In this document: piece after piece, positions 1 through 9,233 of the stretch | Layout of the letters: each line of letters begins with the position of its first letter | Position numbering within the stretch: position 1 is the first letter of the stretch | DNA from: an uncultured Gammaproteobacteria bacterium | GTDB taxonomy: Bacteria; Patescibacteriota; Patescibacteriia; Magasanikbacterales; GWA2-37-8 | Length of the DNA: 64,000 nt | Assembly: GCA_964496095.1 (NCBI GenBank) | Contig: CAZBWU010000001.1 | Span: 48,617-112,616, forward strand | Direction of reading: 5' to 3' | Translations under genes and position numbers: made by a program | The notes under the pieces: model-generated | What the model was told of the DNA's origin: nothing | What the model saw: the letters and a program-made list of their open reading frames with translations, nothing else | Database searches by the model: none

Positions 1-1
1 A

Positions 2-1441
2 CTTGAATTCTTTATCTCTTCTCACGGTACGAGAAAAGGTTTGTCCGATACCGCTCTTCGTACCGCTAATGCTGGTTACCTCACCAGACGTTTGGTAGAT
101 GTGTCTCAAGATGTAATCGTCTTCCAAGATGATTGTGGTGATACTACCGGTGAAATATTCTCTATGGCTCAGTCCAAAGAAATGGGTGAAAAATTATCAG
201 AACGTATTTGGGGACGTTATGCTGTGGAAACAGTTAAGGTTGGAAATAAAATTTTAGTTAAAGAAGGCGATGCGATTGATGATCAAGTTGCTCGCGCCGT
301 AGATGAAAACAAGATTGAATCTGTCCGCGTTCGCAGTATTTTACAATGTAAAATGCAAAAAGGTATTTGTCGTAAATGTTATGGCTTCGATCTTTCCAAG
401 AACAAAGCGGTAGAGTTTGGAGTAGCGGTAGGTATTATCGCGGCTCAATCTATCGGTGAACCTGGTACTCAGCTTACTATGAGAACCTTCCATACTGGTG
501 GTGTGGCGGGTGGTGGCGATATCACTCAAGGTTTGCCTCGTGTAGATGAACTCTTTGAAGCTCGCGCTCCAAAGAAACAAGCAATGCTTGCTGAAGTGTC
601 AGGTGAAATTGAGATTGAAAAAGCTGATGGTAAGATTATTACTTCTCCAAGTGGTAAGAAAGTTTTCGAAGGTCGTCGTGGTCAAGAAATTATCCATATT
701 CATTTTTCAGGTATGGATGAGATGAAAATCAAAACCAAGGCTGAAGATGAAATCATGGTAAAAGATGGTGATTTGGTACAGCAAGATCAAACTGTCTTGG
801 TACGCGGATCATCCGGAGAAGAAATTGTCGCTAAATATCCAAGTACTGTAAAGATTGAAAAGAATACTTTGACATTATCTTATGAAGGACCTCATGTTCG
901 CGAGTATATTGTACCGCTCGGTTATAAGATTTTGGTTAAGACCGGAGATAAGGTAGAAAAAGGTGATATTTTAACAGACGGCAGTATCAATCCGCACCAA
1001 CTCTTTGAACTCAAAGGCAGAGAAGCGGTCCAGAGATATATTTTGCAAGAAGTTCAAAATATTTATTCTTCTCAAGGTCAGAAAGTTAATGACAAACACG
1101 TAGAACTTATCATCCGCCAGATGTTTAGCCGTGTCTATATTGAAGACGCCGGTGAGACAGATTTGTTGCCAGGTGAAGTGGTAGAAAAATCACAACTCGA
1201 TTTCTCTAATCGACAAGCCAAGAAAGATGGTACCAAGCTCGCAGTTGGCCGAGAATTATTCTTGGGTATTTCCAAGGTTGCTCTCTCCACTCAAAGCTTC
1301 TTGTCCGCCGCTTCCTTCCAAGAAACCGCCAAAGTTCTTATCAATACTGCTATTACCGGTAAGATTGACTACTTGGATGGTCTCAAAGAAAACGTTATTA
1401 TTGGTAGACTTATTCCAGCTGGAACTGGGTTTAAACAGTAA
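2..1441 (+). CDS. rpoC: DNA-directed RNA polymerase subunit beta' (C-terminal part; 5' end lies outside the window)
   Basis: The translation contains conserved beta' motifs (SHGTRKGLSDTALRTANAGYLTRRLVDV, GEPGTQLTMRTFHTGG). The reading frame is open from base 2, so the annotated TTG at 41 is internal and the gene is truncated at the window edge. Confidence 0.95.
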   Translation, partial: LEFFISSHGTRKGLSDTALRTANAGYLTRRLVDVSQDVIVFQDDCGDTTGEIFSMAQSKEMGEKLSERIWGRYAVETVKVGNKILVKEGDAIDDQVARAVDENKIESVRVRSILQCKMQKGICRKCYGFDLSKNKAVEFGVAVGIIAAQSIGEPGTQLTMRTFHTGGVAGGGDITQGLPRVDELFEARAPKKQAMLAEVSGEIEIEKADGKIITSPSGKKVFEGRRGQEIIHIHFSGMDEMKIKTKAEDEIMVKDGDLVQQDQTVLVRGSSGEEIVAKYPSTVKIEKNTLTLSYEGPHVREYIVPLGYKILVKTGDKVEKGDILTDGSINPHQLFELKGREAVQRYILQEVQNIYSSQGQKVNDKHVELIIRQMFSRVYIEDAGETDLLPGEVVEKSQLDFSNRQAKKDGTKLAVGRELFLGISKVALSTQSFLSAASFQETAKVLINTAITGKIDYLDGLKENVIIGRLIPAGTGFKQ

Positions 1442-1463
1442 GTTGGCAGTAGTAAATAGAAAT

Positions 1464-1497
1464 AAAAAAGACCTGTGAAATTCACAGGTCTTTTTAG
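1464..1497. terminator. Bidirectional rho-independent terminator between rpoC and the convergent ATP-grasp gene
   Basis: Hairpin GACCTGTGAA-ATTC-ACAGGTC is flanked by an A-run upstream and a T-run downstream. Confidence 0.8.
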
Positions 1498-1503
1498 TTT
1501 TTT

Positions 1504-2526
1504 TTATTTTTCCATCGCTTTCAAAACTTGCAAGTACATATCTTCCACAATCTTTTTTTGCGCCTCGCCAATTTTTAGATAATGGTCTAGGCCTGGCGCA
1601 GAATTGACTTCTAATACCCAATATTTTTTAGGTGGTTGGCTGATATCTCCGGCTATCATCAGATCAACCCCGCATAATCGCAGACCCATATATTTGGTAA
1701 TAACTACGGCCAGTTTTTTGAATTCAGGATGGATTGTATGAGTGACATCAATTCCGTCTCCGCCAGTGGAGAGATTGGCATTGTCTAATAGGTAAATTAT
1801 TTTGTTTTTTGGAGGGACAGATTTGAGGGTTAATTTTTGGTGTTTCAAATTTTGGACGATTCTAGTGTCGGTCATGGGTAAATGAGTGTCGCGTTTGTTG
1901 GTTATATATCCTTTGCCTTTGTTTTGTAGTAGCTGAAAGATAGAAGATTTGCCATCGCCGGTGACATTGAGGGGTATTCGTTGGTAGGCGGAGATAATCT
2001 TATTATCAAGCACAACAATGCGGTAATCTCTGCCTGTTAAAAGTTTTTGCACCAGGGCCACATCATCAAATTGGAAAATAAATTTCATGGCACGATAGAA
2101 TTCTGATTTGGTATAGACTTTGGCTACACCTCGGCCTTGGCTACTACTATTTGGTTTGACGATAACGGGCAGACCTAGTTGATTTGCGTATTTATACGCC
2201 ATTTTTATATTATCTTTTGAGTCTATAGCCTTGGCCCAAGAGTCTGAAAAAAAGGCCTTGCCTGGGACAGTGGGGAAGCCACCACGTGTGAGAAAAAAAT
2301 TGGCGTAGTCCTTGTCTTTGGCGATTTTGGATGCGCCCAAAGTATTAAGATCAAGACTGGTATGTCGCCAATAGCTGGTTTTGCCATTTTTAAAAATAAT
2401 TTGACCAACCTTATTCCATCTTGGCTCCATCACAATTTTTGCTCCGATTTGCGGGGCCACTTTTTGGAAAATTTGAGATAATAGAGTAGGTTTATGTTTG
2501 GGCATATTGCCAGCACACTCTATCAT
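1504..2526 (-). CDS. ATP-grasp family ligase (RimK/GshB-like)
   Basis: ATP-grasp signature segments are present (LPVIVKP...GRGV, YRIVVLDNKII, GGDGIDVT, WVLEVNSAPGLDHY). The substrate cannot be assigned from sequence. Confidence 0.7.
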   Translation of the reverse strand: MIECAGNMPKHKPTLLSQIFQKVAPQIGAKIVMEPRWNKVGQIIFKNGKTSYWRHTSLDLNTLGASKIAKDKDYANFFLTRGGFPTVPGKAFFSDSWAKAIDSKDNIKMAYKYANQLGLPVIVKPNSSSQGRGVAKVYTKSEFYRAMKFIFQFDDVALVQKLLTGRDYRIVVLDNKIISAYQRIPLNVTGDGKSSIFQLLQNKGKGYITNKRDTHLPMTDTRIVQNLKHQKLTLKSVPPKNKIIYLLDNANLSTGGDGIDVTHTIHPEFKKLAVVITKYMGLRLCGVDLMIAGDISQPPKKYWVLEVNSAPGLDHYLKIGEAQKKIVEDMYLQVLKAMEK

Positions 2527-2626
2527 AGATGGTTAAATTAGGCTAGATAGAGGGATAAATTGACTGGTTTGCTACTAGCGTAGTACAATGCCAAGTATAA
2601 ATTAAAGCTTATTTAACCTATAAAAT

Positions 2627-4417
2627 ATGGTCTTCCAAATCCCGGAAACAATAGAGAAAAAGCTATCTGTAAAGCTAAAAATAGCGATGGTAATAGGGTC
2701 GGTGGTTGTACTCGTAGGCGCGACTTTTGCCGGTTATTATTTTGGGCAAAAGAAAAATGCTGTACCGCCACAGGTAGTTCAAAATAATGATAATACTGTA
2801 CCGCCAACAGGTACGGTAGGTGAGATTGTTCCAGATCCTGTTACTGTGCCAGACACAGAAAATAGTACAGAACCTAAGAAGTACGTTTTTCCTACCACTT
2901 CTTTGCCACAGGAGATTGATAAGAAAATTGTCTGGCTTGCACAACCAAAACAGGTTGAGAATTTGAAGTGGTTTGAAGGAAGTGAATATGAGATAAATGC
3001 CTCATATTATGAGGTCGGTAATTTTGAGCACCAAGGAGAAAGCGGTAGAATCATTCTTGTGCAATGGGGTGTTGAAGGTATGGGCCCCCCGCCCTATTTT
3101 CATATATTAAACTTTAAAAAAGAAATAGTTATCTTGGTAAATTATTCTGATATATATCTCCCAAAAGACAGCTCTGATTATAGTGATCTAGGTTATATAG
3201 CACAATCTATAAGTCCAGATTTCAAACAGAAGATTAAATTAAATACGGATTTTCAGATGAGCTCATTAGATTTTCCGAAAGTGATTAAGGGTTCAAATGA
3301 TAGACAGGTTCTGCAGTCGTCAGATGTTTGGTATGGATTATCACAGGAATCTAGTAATTTTACTAGTGCTTCAGATAAAAAAATAACTATATTGTCTGAT
3401 TCAAAATTTGGACAGATTTACACTTCGGTAAATACAGGCGCATTTTATTTGTACGGGGCTCATGGAGTGGAGGTAACCTATGTTCTAGTGCCTGATTTTT
3501 TTAATAGGAGTAATCATTTGGCGCAAATTGTTTGGAATGATGGTTCTTGGAATGGGTATGAATATAGCTATACCGATCGGGGAGGATGTGGTGCAAAAAA
3601 TTATATTTCTGTAATGACTTCTTCCATAAATGTGGCTACAGATTTGGAAGCGGTGGGCAAGACAAGCAAAGGAGATAAAGTCTATGAATTAAAGGATAAA
3701 AACCATTTGTTGTTAGAGAATCTTTATACCGACGGATATTTCCCTAACCAAAATGGCAATAAAGTTTCTTACGAAGAATTTATTACTTTGCGGCCATTAA
3801 TATTTTGGGTAGATCCATTTGGCAGATTGATCAAGTTGCAGAACATGCGTTTTGTGCCACAAGCCGAATGTGGTAAGCCAGTCATTTATTTATACCCAGA
3901 AAAAACATCTATTGTAGATGTAAAAGTTGAGCCCCAAGGTGGAATGACTGTTTCTGATCCGTTTTATAATGGCGGTTGGCAGGTAAAGGCAGGGCCAAAT
4001 GGCCAATTAACAGAAACAAAATCAGGCAAGCAATACCCATATCTTTTCTGGGAAGGAAGGGGCGGATTGTACCAAACACCAGAAAAAGGTTTCTTAATTA
4101 AAAAAGAGAATATAGCCAAAGAGCTTCCAGAAAAACTGACTCAACTTGGATTAAACGCCAACGAAACCAAAGACTTTATGGAGTTTTGGTATCCACGCAT
4201 GCAGGTTAAACCGTATTATTTTGTGACTTTCCTTGGTACTCAACAGATGAACCAATTGGCGCCTCTCACTATCAATCCTCGACCAGACACAGTGGTGAGA
4301 ATCCTTATGGACTTTACTCCGCTTGATAAGCCAATTGATGTTTTGCCACTATCACTTGGTCGTACACCGGAAAGAAAAGGGTTTACAGTCATTGAGTGGG
4401 GCGGTGTGATTCGGTAA
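2627..4417 (+). CDS. Membrane-anchored exported protein, function unknown
   Basis: A long ORF with a single N-terminal TM helix (IAMVIGSVVVLVGATFAGYYF) followed by a large Pro/Thr-rich extracytoplasmic domain. No motif I recognise. The next gene starts 13 nt downstream. Confidence 0.6.
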   Translation: MVFQIPETIEKKLSVKLKIAMVIGSVVVLVGATFAGYYFGQKKNAVPPQVVQNNDNTVPPTGTVGEIVPDPVTVPDTENSTEPKKYVFPTTSLPQEIDKKIVWLAQPKQVENLKWFEGSEYEINASYYEVGNFEHQGESGRIILVQWGVEGMGPPPYFHILNFKKEIVILVNYSDIYLPKDSSDYSDLGYIAQSISPDFKQKIKLNTDFQMSSLDFPKVIKGSNDRQVLQSSDVWYGLSQESSNFTSASDKKITILSDSKFGQIYTSVNTGAFYLYGAHGVEVTYVLVPDFFNRSNHLAQIVWNDGSWNGYEYSYTDRGGCGAKNYISVMTSSINVATDLEAVGKTSKGDKVYELKDKNHLLLENLYTDGYFPNQNGNKVSYEEFITLRPLIFWVDPFGRLIKLQNMRFVPQAECGKPVIYLYPEKTSIVDVKVEPQGGMTVSDPFYNGGWQVKAGPNGQLTETKSGKQYPYLFWEGRGGLYQTPEKGFLIKKENIAKELPEKLTQLGLNANETKDFMEFWYPRMQVKPYYFVTFLGTQQMNQLAPLTINPRPDTVVRILMDFTPLDKPIDVLPLSLGRTPERKGFTVIEWGGVIR

Positions 4418-4429
4418 TAATTATAATCT

Positions 4430-6241
4430 ATGTCAGTGAAAGCAAAGATTCTCCTGTATATTTTTGGACTCGCTATTTTGGCAGGGGTGTTTGCTGTCTT
4501 TGGTTTTTGGTATCAAGCGCAAAACTCAAAGCAAAGCTTGTTTGATTTTAGTAGAGAAGTAAAAGAACAAAAATTTCATCGCGCCTATTCTATGGACGTT
4601 GGTTTTTATGATTCTTTTTTTACCAATAATAATCCAAAAGAAAAAATTGAGGATAGAGTTTTTTCAGCGGTTGTGCCACACCATTTGGTCGCAGGTAGGT
4701 ATCTGGGGTCTTTTTTTAGAAGGTTAGATTATCAATCTCCGCAGACAGTTGTGATTATAGGTCCAAATCATAAACAGATTGGTAATGACTCTATTATTTC
4801 TAGCCCACTCGCTTGGCAGACTCCATATGGAGTATTGGCGACGGATAAAAAATTGGTGGCCAGTATCACAGAGAAAAAGTTAGCAACCAACAATGAAGGA
4901 GTAATGGGTGATGAACACAGTATTTCGACCCTTGTACCATTTGTAAAAAAGACTTGGCCAAATGCAAAAATAGTACCAATAGTTCTCAAAAATAATACAA
5001 CCGAAAATCGCATAGATGAGTTGGTAAAATTACTGGCTGATTCTAAAGAAAAAATATTGGTGTTAGTAAGTGTAGATTTTTCTCATTATTTACCAAAATT
5101 AGTGGCGGATTTTCACGATGAATTATCTCTTAATGTTTTGGAAAGCGGTAGTCAAACAAATTTACAAGAATTAGAAGTAGATAGTAAACCTAGTTTGTCT
5201 GCTTTATTAAAATACAATAAATTGAAAGAAGCAGAAAACTTTACAGTTTTTTCTAATACTAACAGCGGGGAGATTATTTATAAAGATTTAGCAGAAACAA
5301 CCAGTCATATTATTGGCGCCTATACGAGTGGATTACCTAGTAAAAAACCGGTCGCATCTTTGCAATTCTTTGGAGATATTATGCTTGATAGAAGTGTGGC
5401 TAAAGTTATGAGTAGTGATGGCCTAGATTATTTGTTTGCCAATTTACACGGTCAGGAGAATAGGTTTTTTGAAGGTCAGCATATTTTGATGGCCAACTTA
5501 GAAGGGCCGTTCGCGCCAACACGTGTACCGACGACCAAGTCAATTGCTTTTCGTTTTGATCCAAAACTGGCCAAAGATTTAAAGTCCTATGGATTTGATG
5601 GATTTACTTTGGCCAATAATCACATAGTAGATATGGGATGGAAGAATGTTGATTTTACTAAGCAGGTTTTAAAAGATTCTGGTTTGGGTAGTTTTGGTAA
5701 CCAGTATGATGAAGGTGTGGATGATATCTATATAGCGGGAGAGGAACAGAATTTGCCATTTAAAATTGCTTTTATTGGTCTCAATACCGTTGGTCACGAA
5801 TTGGATATGTCAGTAGTAAAGCAGATGATAATTAAGGCCAAACAGCAAGCCAAATTTTTGATTATAAATATTCATTGGGGGCAGGAATACAGTCTAAAAT
5901 CAAATAAATTTCAGCAAGACCTTGGGCATCAGCTGATTGATATGGGGACTGACGCCATTATTGGTCACCATCCGCATGTGGTAGAGGAGATGGAAGTCTA
6001 TAATGGTCATCCAATTTTTTATTCTTTAGGTAATTTTATTTTTGATCAGTATTTTTCCAAAGAAACACAGGAAGGTATAAGCGTTGGATTAATTATAAAT
6101 GATGATGGTAGAATAAATTGGCATGTGTTTCCTTTTTTTTCCAAAAAATCTCAGGTGCAGTTGATGCTGGGCAAGCAACGAGAAGAGTTTATGGAGTGGT
6201 TTGAGAAGGATAGTCGGATAACTCATAATTTTTTACATTAA
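4430..6241 (+). CDS. Fusion protein: MEMO1-like (AmmeMemoRadiSam B-like) N-terminal domain plus CapA-like metallophosphoesterase C-terminal domain, with an N-terminal TM segment
   Basis: N-terminal half: VVPHHLVAGRYLG...VIIGPNHKQ...HSISTLVPFV, as in MEMO1/UPF0103. C-terminal half: FFGDIMLDR...MANLEGPF...TLANNHIVDMG...INIHWGQEY...IIGHHPHVV...YSLGNFIFDQ, as in CapA/PgsA-like metallophosphatases. Confidence 0.65.
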   Translation: MSVKAKILLYIFGLAILAGVFAVFGFWYQAQNSKQSLFDFSREVKEQKFHRAYSMDVGFYDSFFTNNNPKEKIEDRVFSAVVPHHLVAGRYLGSFFRRLDYQSPQTVVIIGPNHKQIGNDSIISSPLAWQTPYGVLATDKKLVASITEKKLATNNEGVMGDEHSISTLVPFVKKTWPNAKIVPIVLKNNTTENRIDELVKLLADSKEKILVLVSVDFSHYLPKLVADFHDELSLNVLESGSQTNLQELEVDSKPSLSALLKYNKLKEAENFTVFSNTNSGEIIYKDLAETTSHIIGAYTSGLPSKKPVASLQFFGDIMLDRSVAKVMSSDGLDYLFANLHGQENRFFEGQHILMANLEGPFAPTRVPTTKSIAFRFDPKLAKDLKSYGFDGFTLANNHIVDMGWKNVDFTKQVLKDSGLGSFGNQYDEGVDDIYIAGEEQNLPFKIAFIGLNTVGHELDMSVVKQMIIKAKQQAKFLIINIHWGQEYSLKSNKFQQDLGHQLIDMGTDAIIGHHPHVVEEMEVYNGHPIFYSLGNFIFDQYFSKETQEGISVGLIINDDGRINWHVFPFFSKKSQVQLMLGKQREEFMEWFEKDSRITHNFLH

Positions 6242-6247
6242 TTTTTT

Positions 6248-6970
6248 ATGTCAGGTCATAGTAAATGGCACAACATACAAGGTAGAAAGGGGAAGCAGGA
6301 TGCTTTGCGTAGTGGGCAATTTACCAAAGTTTCCAAACTTATTACTATCGCTGCCAAAAGCGGAGGTGATCCGTCGTCTAATTTTTCTTTGCGTATTGCG
6401 GTAGATAAGGCTAGGGCGGTTGGCATGCCAAAAGACAATATTGAGCGCGCTATTAAGCGTGGCACAGGCGAGCTAGAAGGCGCGCAGATCGAAGAAGTGC
6501 TCTATGAGTGTTATGGTCCGGGTGGAGTAGCGGTACTGGTCAAATGTTTGACTGATAATAAGAATAGAGCGGTATCTGATATAAAACATATTTTTTCAGA
6601 TCATGGTGGCTCTATGGCTGGCGCTGGGAGCGTGCTGTGGATGTTTGCACAGATGGGAGTAGTGACAGTCCTCGGTTCACAGTTTTCAGTTCATAGAGAA
6701 GAAAATGAGTTGGCTTTGATTGAGGCTGGAGCTGAAGAGATAAAAGATAGCGAAGAAAATGAATTAGAGATATATACAAAAATGGAAAATTTTCAAAAAG
6801 TTTTGGGAGTTCTAAAAGAAATAGGAGTAGAAACAAAAGAATCAGGATTACAGTGGATAGCAAAGGATAAAGTTGAAGTAAATGAAGAAACCACAGAAAA
6901 ATTAGGGGCCTTGTTTTCTGAGTTAGAGGAGAATGATGATGTGGACGATTATTTTACCAACGCCGAATAA
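6248..6970 (+). CDS. yebC: YebC/PmpR family DNA-binding transcriptional regulator
   Basis: The N-terminus (MSGHSKWHNIQGRKGKQDALR...IAVDKARAVGMPKDNIERAIKRG) is the diagnostic YebC/TACO1 start. Its position immediately upstream of ruvC is the conserved arrangement. Confidence 0.9.
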   Translation: MSGHSKWHNIQGRKGKQDALRSGQFTKVSKLITIAAKSGGDPSSNFSLRIAVDKARAVGMPKDNIERAIKRGTGELEGAQIEEVLYECYGPGGVAVLVKCLTDNKNRAVSDIKHIFSDHGGSMAGAGSVLWMFAQMGVVTVLGSQFSVHREENELALIEAGAEEIKDSEENELEIYTKMENFQKVLGVLKEIGVETKESGLQWIAKDKVEVNEETTEKLGALFSELEENDDVDDYFTNAE

Positions 6971-7085
6971 TACATCTATACTTTTTGTCACCAAAAAGTA
7001 TCAAAAAGTGTTGGGGTGGCAGAACTTTCGCCCAAGCGGACAGGTGCTTTTTTCCTAAAACCCTTTGTGCAAGTAGCAAATATTT

Positions 7086-7592
7086 ATGAAAAATATACAC
7101 AGTGAAACTATTTTGGGAATCGATCCTGGTTTTGGCAGAGTCGGTTATGGAATAGTAAAAAAAGATGCCAAAGGCGAATGGAGAATGGTTGTTTTTGGTT
7201 GTATAGAAACTTCAGCCAAGAAAAGTTTTGTGGAGCGAATTGCCGAAATCCATGAAGAACTTGAGAAAATTATAAAAGAATATAAACCAACACGCATGGC
7301 TGTGGAGGAATTATTCTTCTTCAAGAATGTCAAAACCGCCATTGAGGTGGGGCAGGCGAGAGGGGTCATACTTCTCACCGGCGTAGAGAATCATTTGCCA
7401 ATAGACGAGTTTACACCTTTGCAGGTCAAGCAAGCGATTACCGGTTATGGACGAGCCGAAAAAGTCCAGATGCAAAAGGTAGTGAAGATGATTCTTGGAA
7501 TGAAAGAAGATATAAAATCAGATGATGCGGCTGATGCCTTGGCTGTGGCGCTCTGCGCTGGGCAGAGTTTGTGGATGAAAAATATTAAGTAG
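7086..7592 (+). CDS. ruvC: Crossover junction endodeoxyribonuclease RuvC
   Basis: ILGIDPGFGRVGYGIV is the RNase H-fold catalytic start. The 168-aa length is right and it follows yebC. Confidence 0.9.
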   Translation: MKNIHSETILGIDPGFGRVGYGIVKKDAKGEWRMVVFGCIETSAKKSFVERIAEIHEELEKIIKEYKPTRMAVEELFFFKNVKTAIEVGQARGVILLTGVENHLPIDEFTPLQVKQAITGYGRAEKVQMQKVVKMILGMKEDIKSDDAADALAVALCAGQSLWMKNIK

Positions 7593-7684
7593 GCTTATTA
7601 ATTATTTTAAATTTCTTAACTCCAAAAATTTGGGGTTAATTTTTATATTTTGTTTAAGATTAGCCAAAATAATTCAACTAACTA

Positions 7685-7713
7685 TTGACAAAACAGGTAA
7701 ATTGTGATATATT
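7685..7713 (+). promoter_or_regulatory. Near-consensus sigma70 promoter (TTGACA-N17-TATATT)
   Basis: TTGACA at 7685-7690, a 17-nt spacer and TATATT at 7708-7713. It sits directly upstream of the GC-rich island and its ORF. Confidence 0.55.
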
Positions 7714-7796
7714 TATCGGTCGTGCGAAGTGCAAAAGCGTACCCGAATGGGTTGCTAGCCTATCGTATTACACAACCTTTGTCGTAGGAGTTTCCA

Positions 7797-8111
7797 GTGA
7801 ACATTCGTCAGATTCTCGTTACGGTCGGGATGTTCTTTATTCTCGCTCTCGGCCTGGCCAGTCGCGTGGTGCTGGTCATCATCGTCGAAGGAAAACCGAT
7901 GATGACCAATCTGCAACAATCCCCGAGGGTCATCGAGCTGAGTTGGCCGTACCGCGTGGCGGTGACGTCCGTGGTGAACGCCAGTATCAGGTGCTGGGAT
8001 GTGGACGGTCATGTTGATTTGTTCCCCCCAGATGACTCGCTATGGGTAGTGCAGTGTTATTACTCATATGGGACGTCACGTTGTTGCCAGCGACGGAGAG
8101 ATGGGTTGTAG
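7797..8111 (+). CDS. Small Cys-rich protein with an N-terminal membrane/signal segment, encoded in a GC-rich island (putative horizontally acquired gene)
   Basis: GTG start is preceded by AGGAG at -12 to -8. A 104-codon ORF has strongly GC-biased third positions (ctg, gtg, atc, ccg, gcc) unlike the rest of the window. The N-terminus is hydrophobic (ILVTVGMFFILALGLASRVVLVIIV) and the C-terminal part carries 5 Cys. The same DNA could alternatively be a structured RNA. Confidence 0.4.
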   Translation: MNIRQILVTVGMFFILALGLASRVVLVIIVEGKPMMTNLQQSPRVIELSWPYRVAVTSVVNASIRCWDVDGHVDLFPPDDSLWVVQCYYSYGTSRCCQRRRDGL

Positions 8112-8195
8112 TTGTGCGGGGCTTTCGCGTCCCGCCCCCGTTCTATATACGTCATGAATTGGTGTTTAGAGAACGGGTTTTTAGTTTATATTTTT

Positions 8196-8795
8196 TTAAT
8201 TTTGAGGGCTCCCTTCAGTAGTTTGTTTCAATTTTTTAAACGGAATTTTCATAGCGCTCTTAAGTTGGAAATAAAACATTAATGCAAAAAACTTTTTGAT
8301 GAGTAGGTATGATATATATGCGCTTCTGGTAATAATAAATTGTAATAATCGTAGTACAATATTAGCCGCATATTCTACATTTTCATGTTTCAAACATACT
8401 TTGGAATCAAGACGTAGTCTTGTCCCTCCCTCAATAGGTGAAAGTGTATAAAGATCATAAGTAATAGTTTGAAACCAGGTATTTTTGCCAGCACCTGATT
8501 CAAGTTCTAATAAAAAGGGTGGATTATATTGGGTGATAATCCCGTTTATTATAACGGTTATTGACTCTGTGTTTGTGTCTTGAGTCGGACCAATTTTTGT
8601 ATACTTAGTAAACTCGGCGCCAACCCCCGGTTTTCCCTTGTATTCTATTGTAGCTTTAGAGGAGGTCTGTCCCAAGTATTCAAAACTACCCCAAATTGTA
8701 ATCTTGTCTGGATCAACAAGATAAGGAAAAATTACTTCTGGTGAAGCGTGTATATCAATTTCAAAAGAGAGTTTTATAAATGGTTTTGATTCCAT
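8196..8795 (-). CDS. SRPBCC-fold (AHSA1/polyketide cyclase-like) domain protein with a C-terminal hydrophobic tail
   Basis: The ORF shows weak resemblance to the SRPBCC ligand-binding fold and no catalytic motifs. Confidence 0.35.
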   Translation of the reverse strand: MESKPFIKLSFEIDIHASPEVIFPYLVDPDKITIWGSFEYLGQTSSKATIEYKGKPGVGAEFTKYTKIGPTQDTNTESITVIINGIITQYNPPFLLELESGAGKNTWFQTITYDLYTLSPIEGGTRLRLDSKVCLKHENVEYAANIVLRLLQFIITRSAYISYLLIKKFFALMFYFQLKSAMKIPFKKLKQTTEGSPQN

Positions 8796-8801
8796 GCTGT
8801 T

Positions 8802-9233
8802 TTATTTAGAAATTTGTAATTTTCTAAAATCTTTTCTTCCGAGAATAAGTAAAAGCAAAATTGCTATTGGTAAAACTTCTTTATTCAGAGATATTTCTGC
8901 GCCCGGAGTTAGATTAAAGGCGATTTCTTTTAAATCGCTAAAGGCCAATACTGGCAAAATTAGTAAAATTAAAATAAAGCTTAAAAAATAAGCCCATCGT
9001 TTTTGCTTCCATAAGAAAAATGAGCTGATAAATAATATGAGACTTCCTCCGCCAATAAATACGGCATATATCAGCATAGCAAAATTATGTAGGGCTGCAA
9101 ATTCTCCGCCTTCTGACGGTTCGCCCAGAGAAAATGAGACGAGTATGATGTTTATGACTATGAAAACGTATAATAGGCCGACGGCGATTTTGGTTGGCAA
9201 GGAAATGTTTTGCATATTAATAATAATGATCAA
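8802..9233 (-). CDS. Small integral membrane protein, hypothetical
   Basis: About 4 predicted TM helices. It overlaps its neighbours by a few nt, which suggests an operon. Confidence 0.45.
   Translation of the reverse strand: MIIIINMQNISLPTKIAVGLLYVFIVINIILVSFSLGEPSEGGEFAALHNFAMLIYAVFIGGGSLILFISSFFLWKQKRWAYFLSFILILLILPVLAFSDLKEIAFNLTPGAEISLNKEVLPIAILLLLILGRKDFRKLQISK

Noticed and set aside
7685-8017. 110-aa ORF in GC island 1 in a different frame (MTKQVNCDIF...)
   Set aside because: Low-complexity Arg/Ser/Gly-rich translation with no RBS. The alternative frame at 7797-8111 has the SD site, GC3 bias and a coherent hydrophobic N-terminus.
7720-8150. RNase P RNA or tmRNA as the identity of GC island 1
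   Set aside because: I checked both strands for GGAAAGTCCGGGCTCC (P4), AGGGTGAAANGGTG and ACAGAACCCGGCTTA. I also checked for a tmRNA tRNA-like 3' end (GGTTCGANTCC...CCA) and a tag-peptide reading frame ending in AA-stop. None were found.
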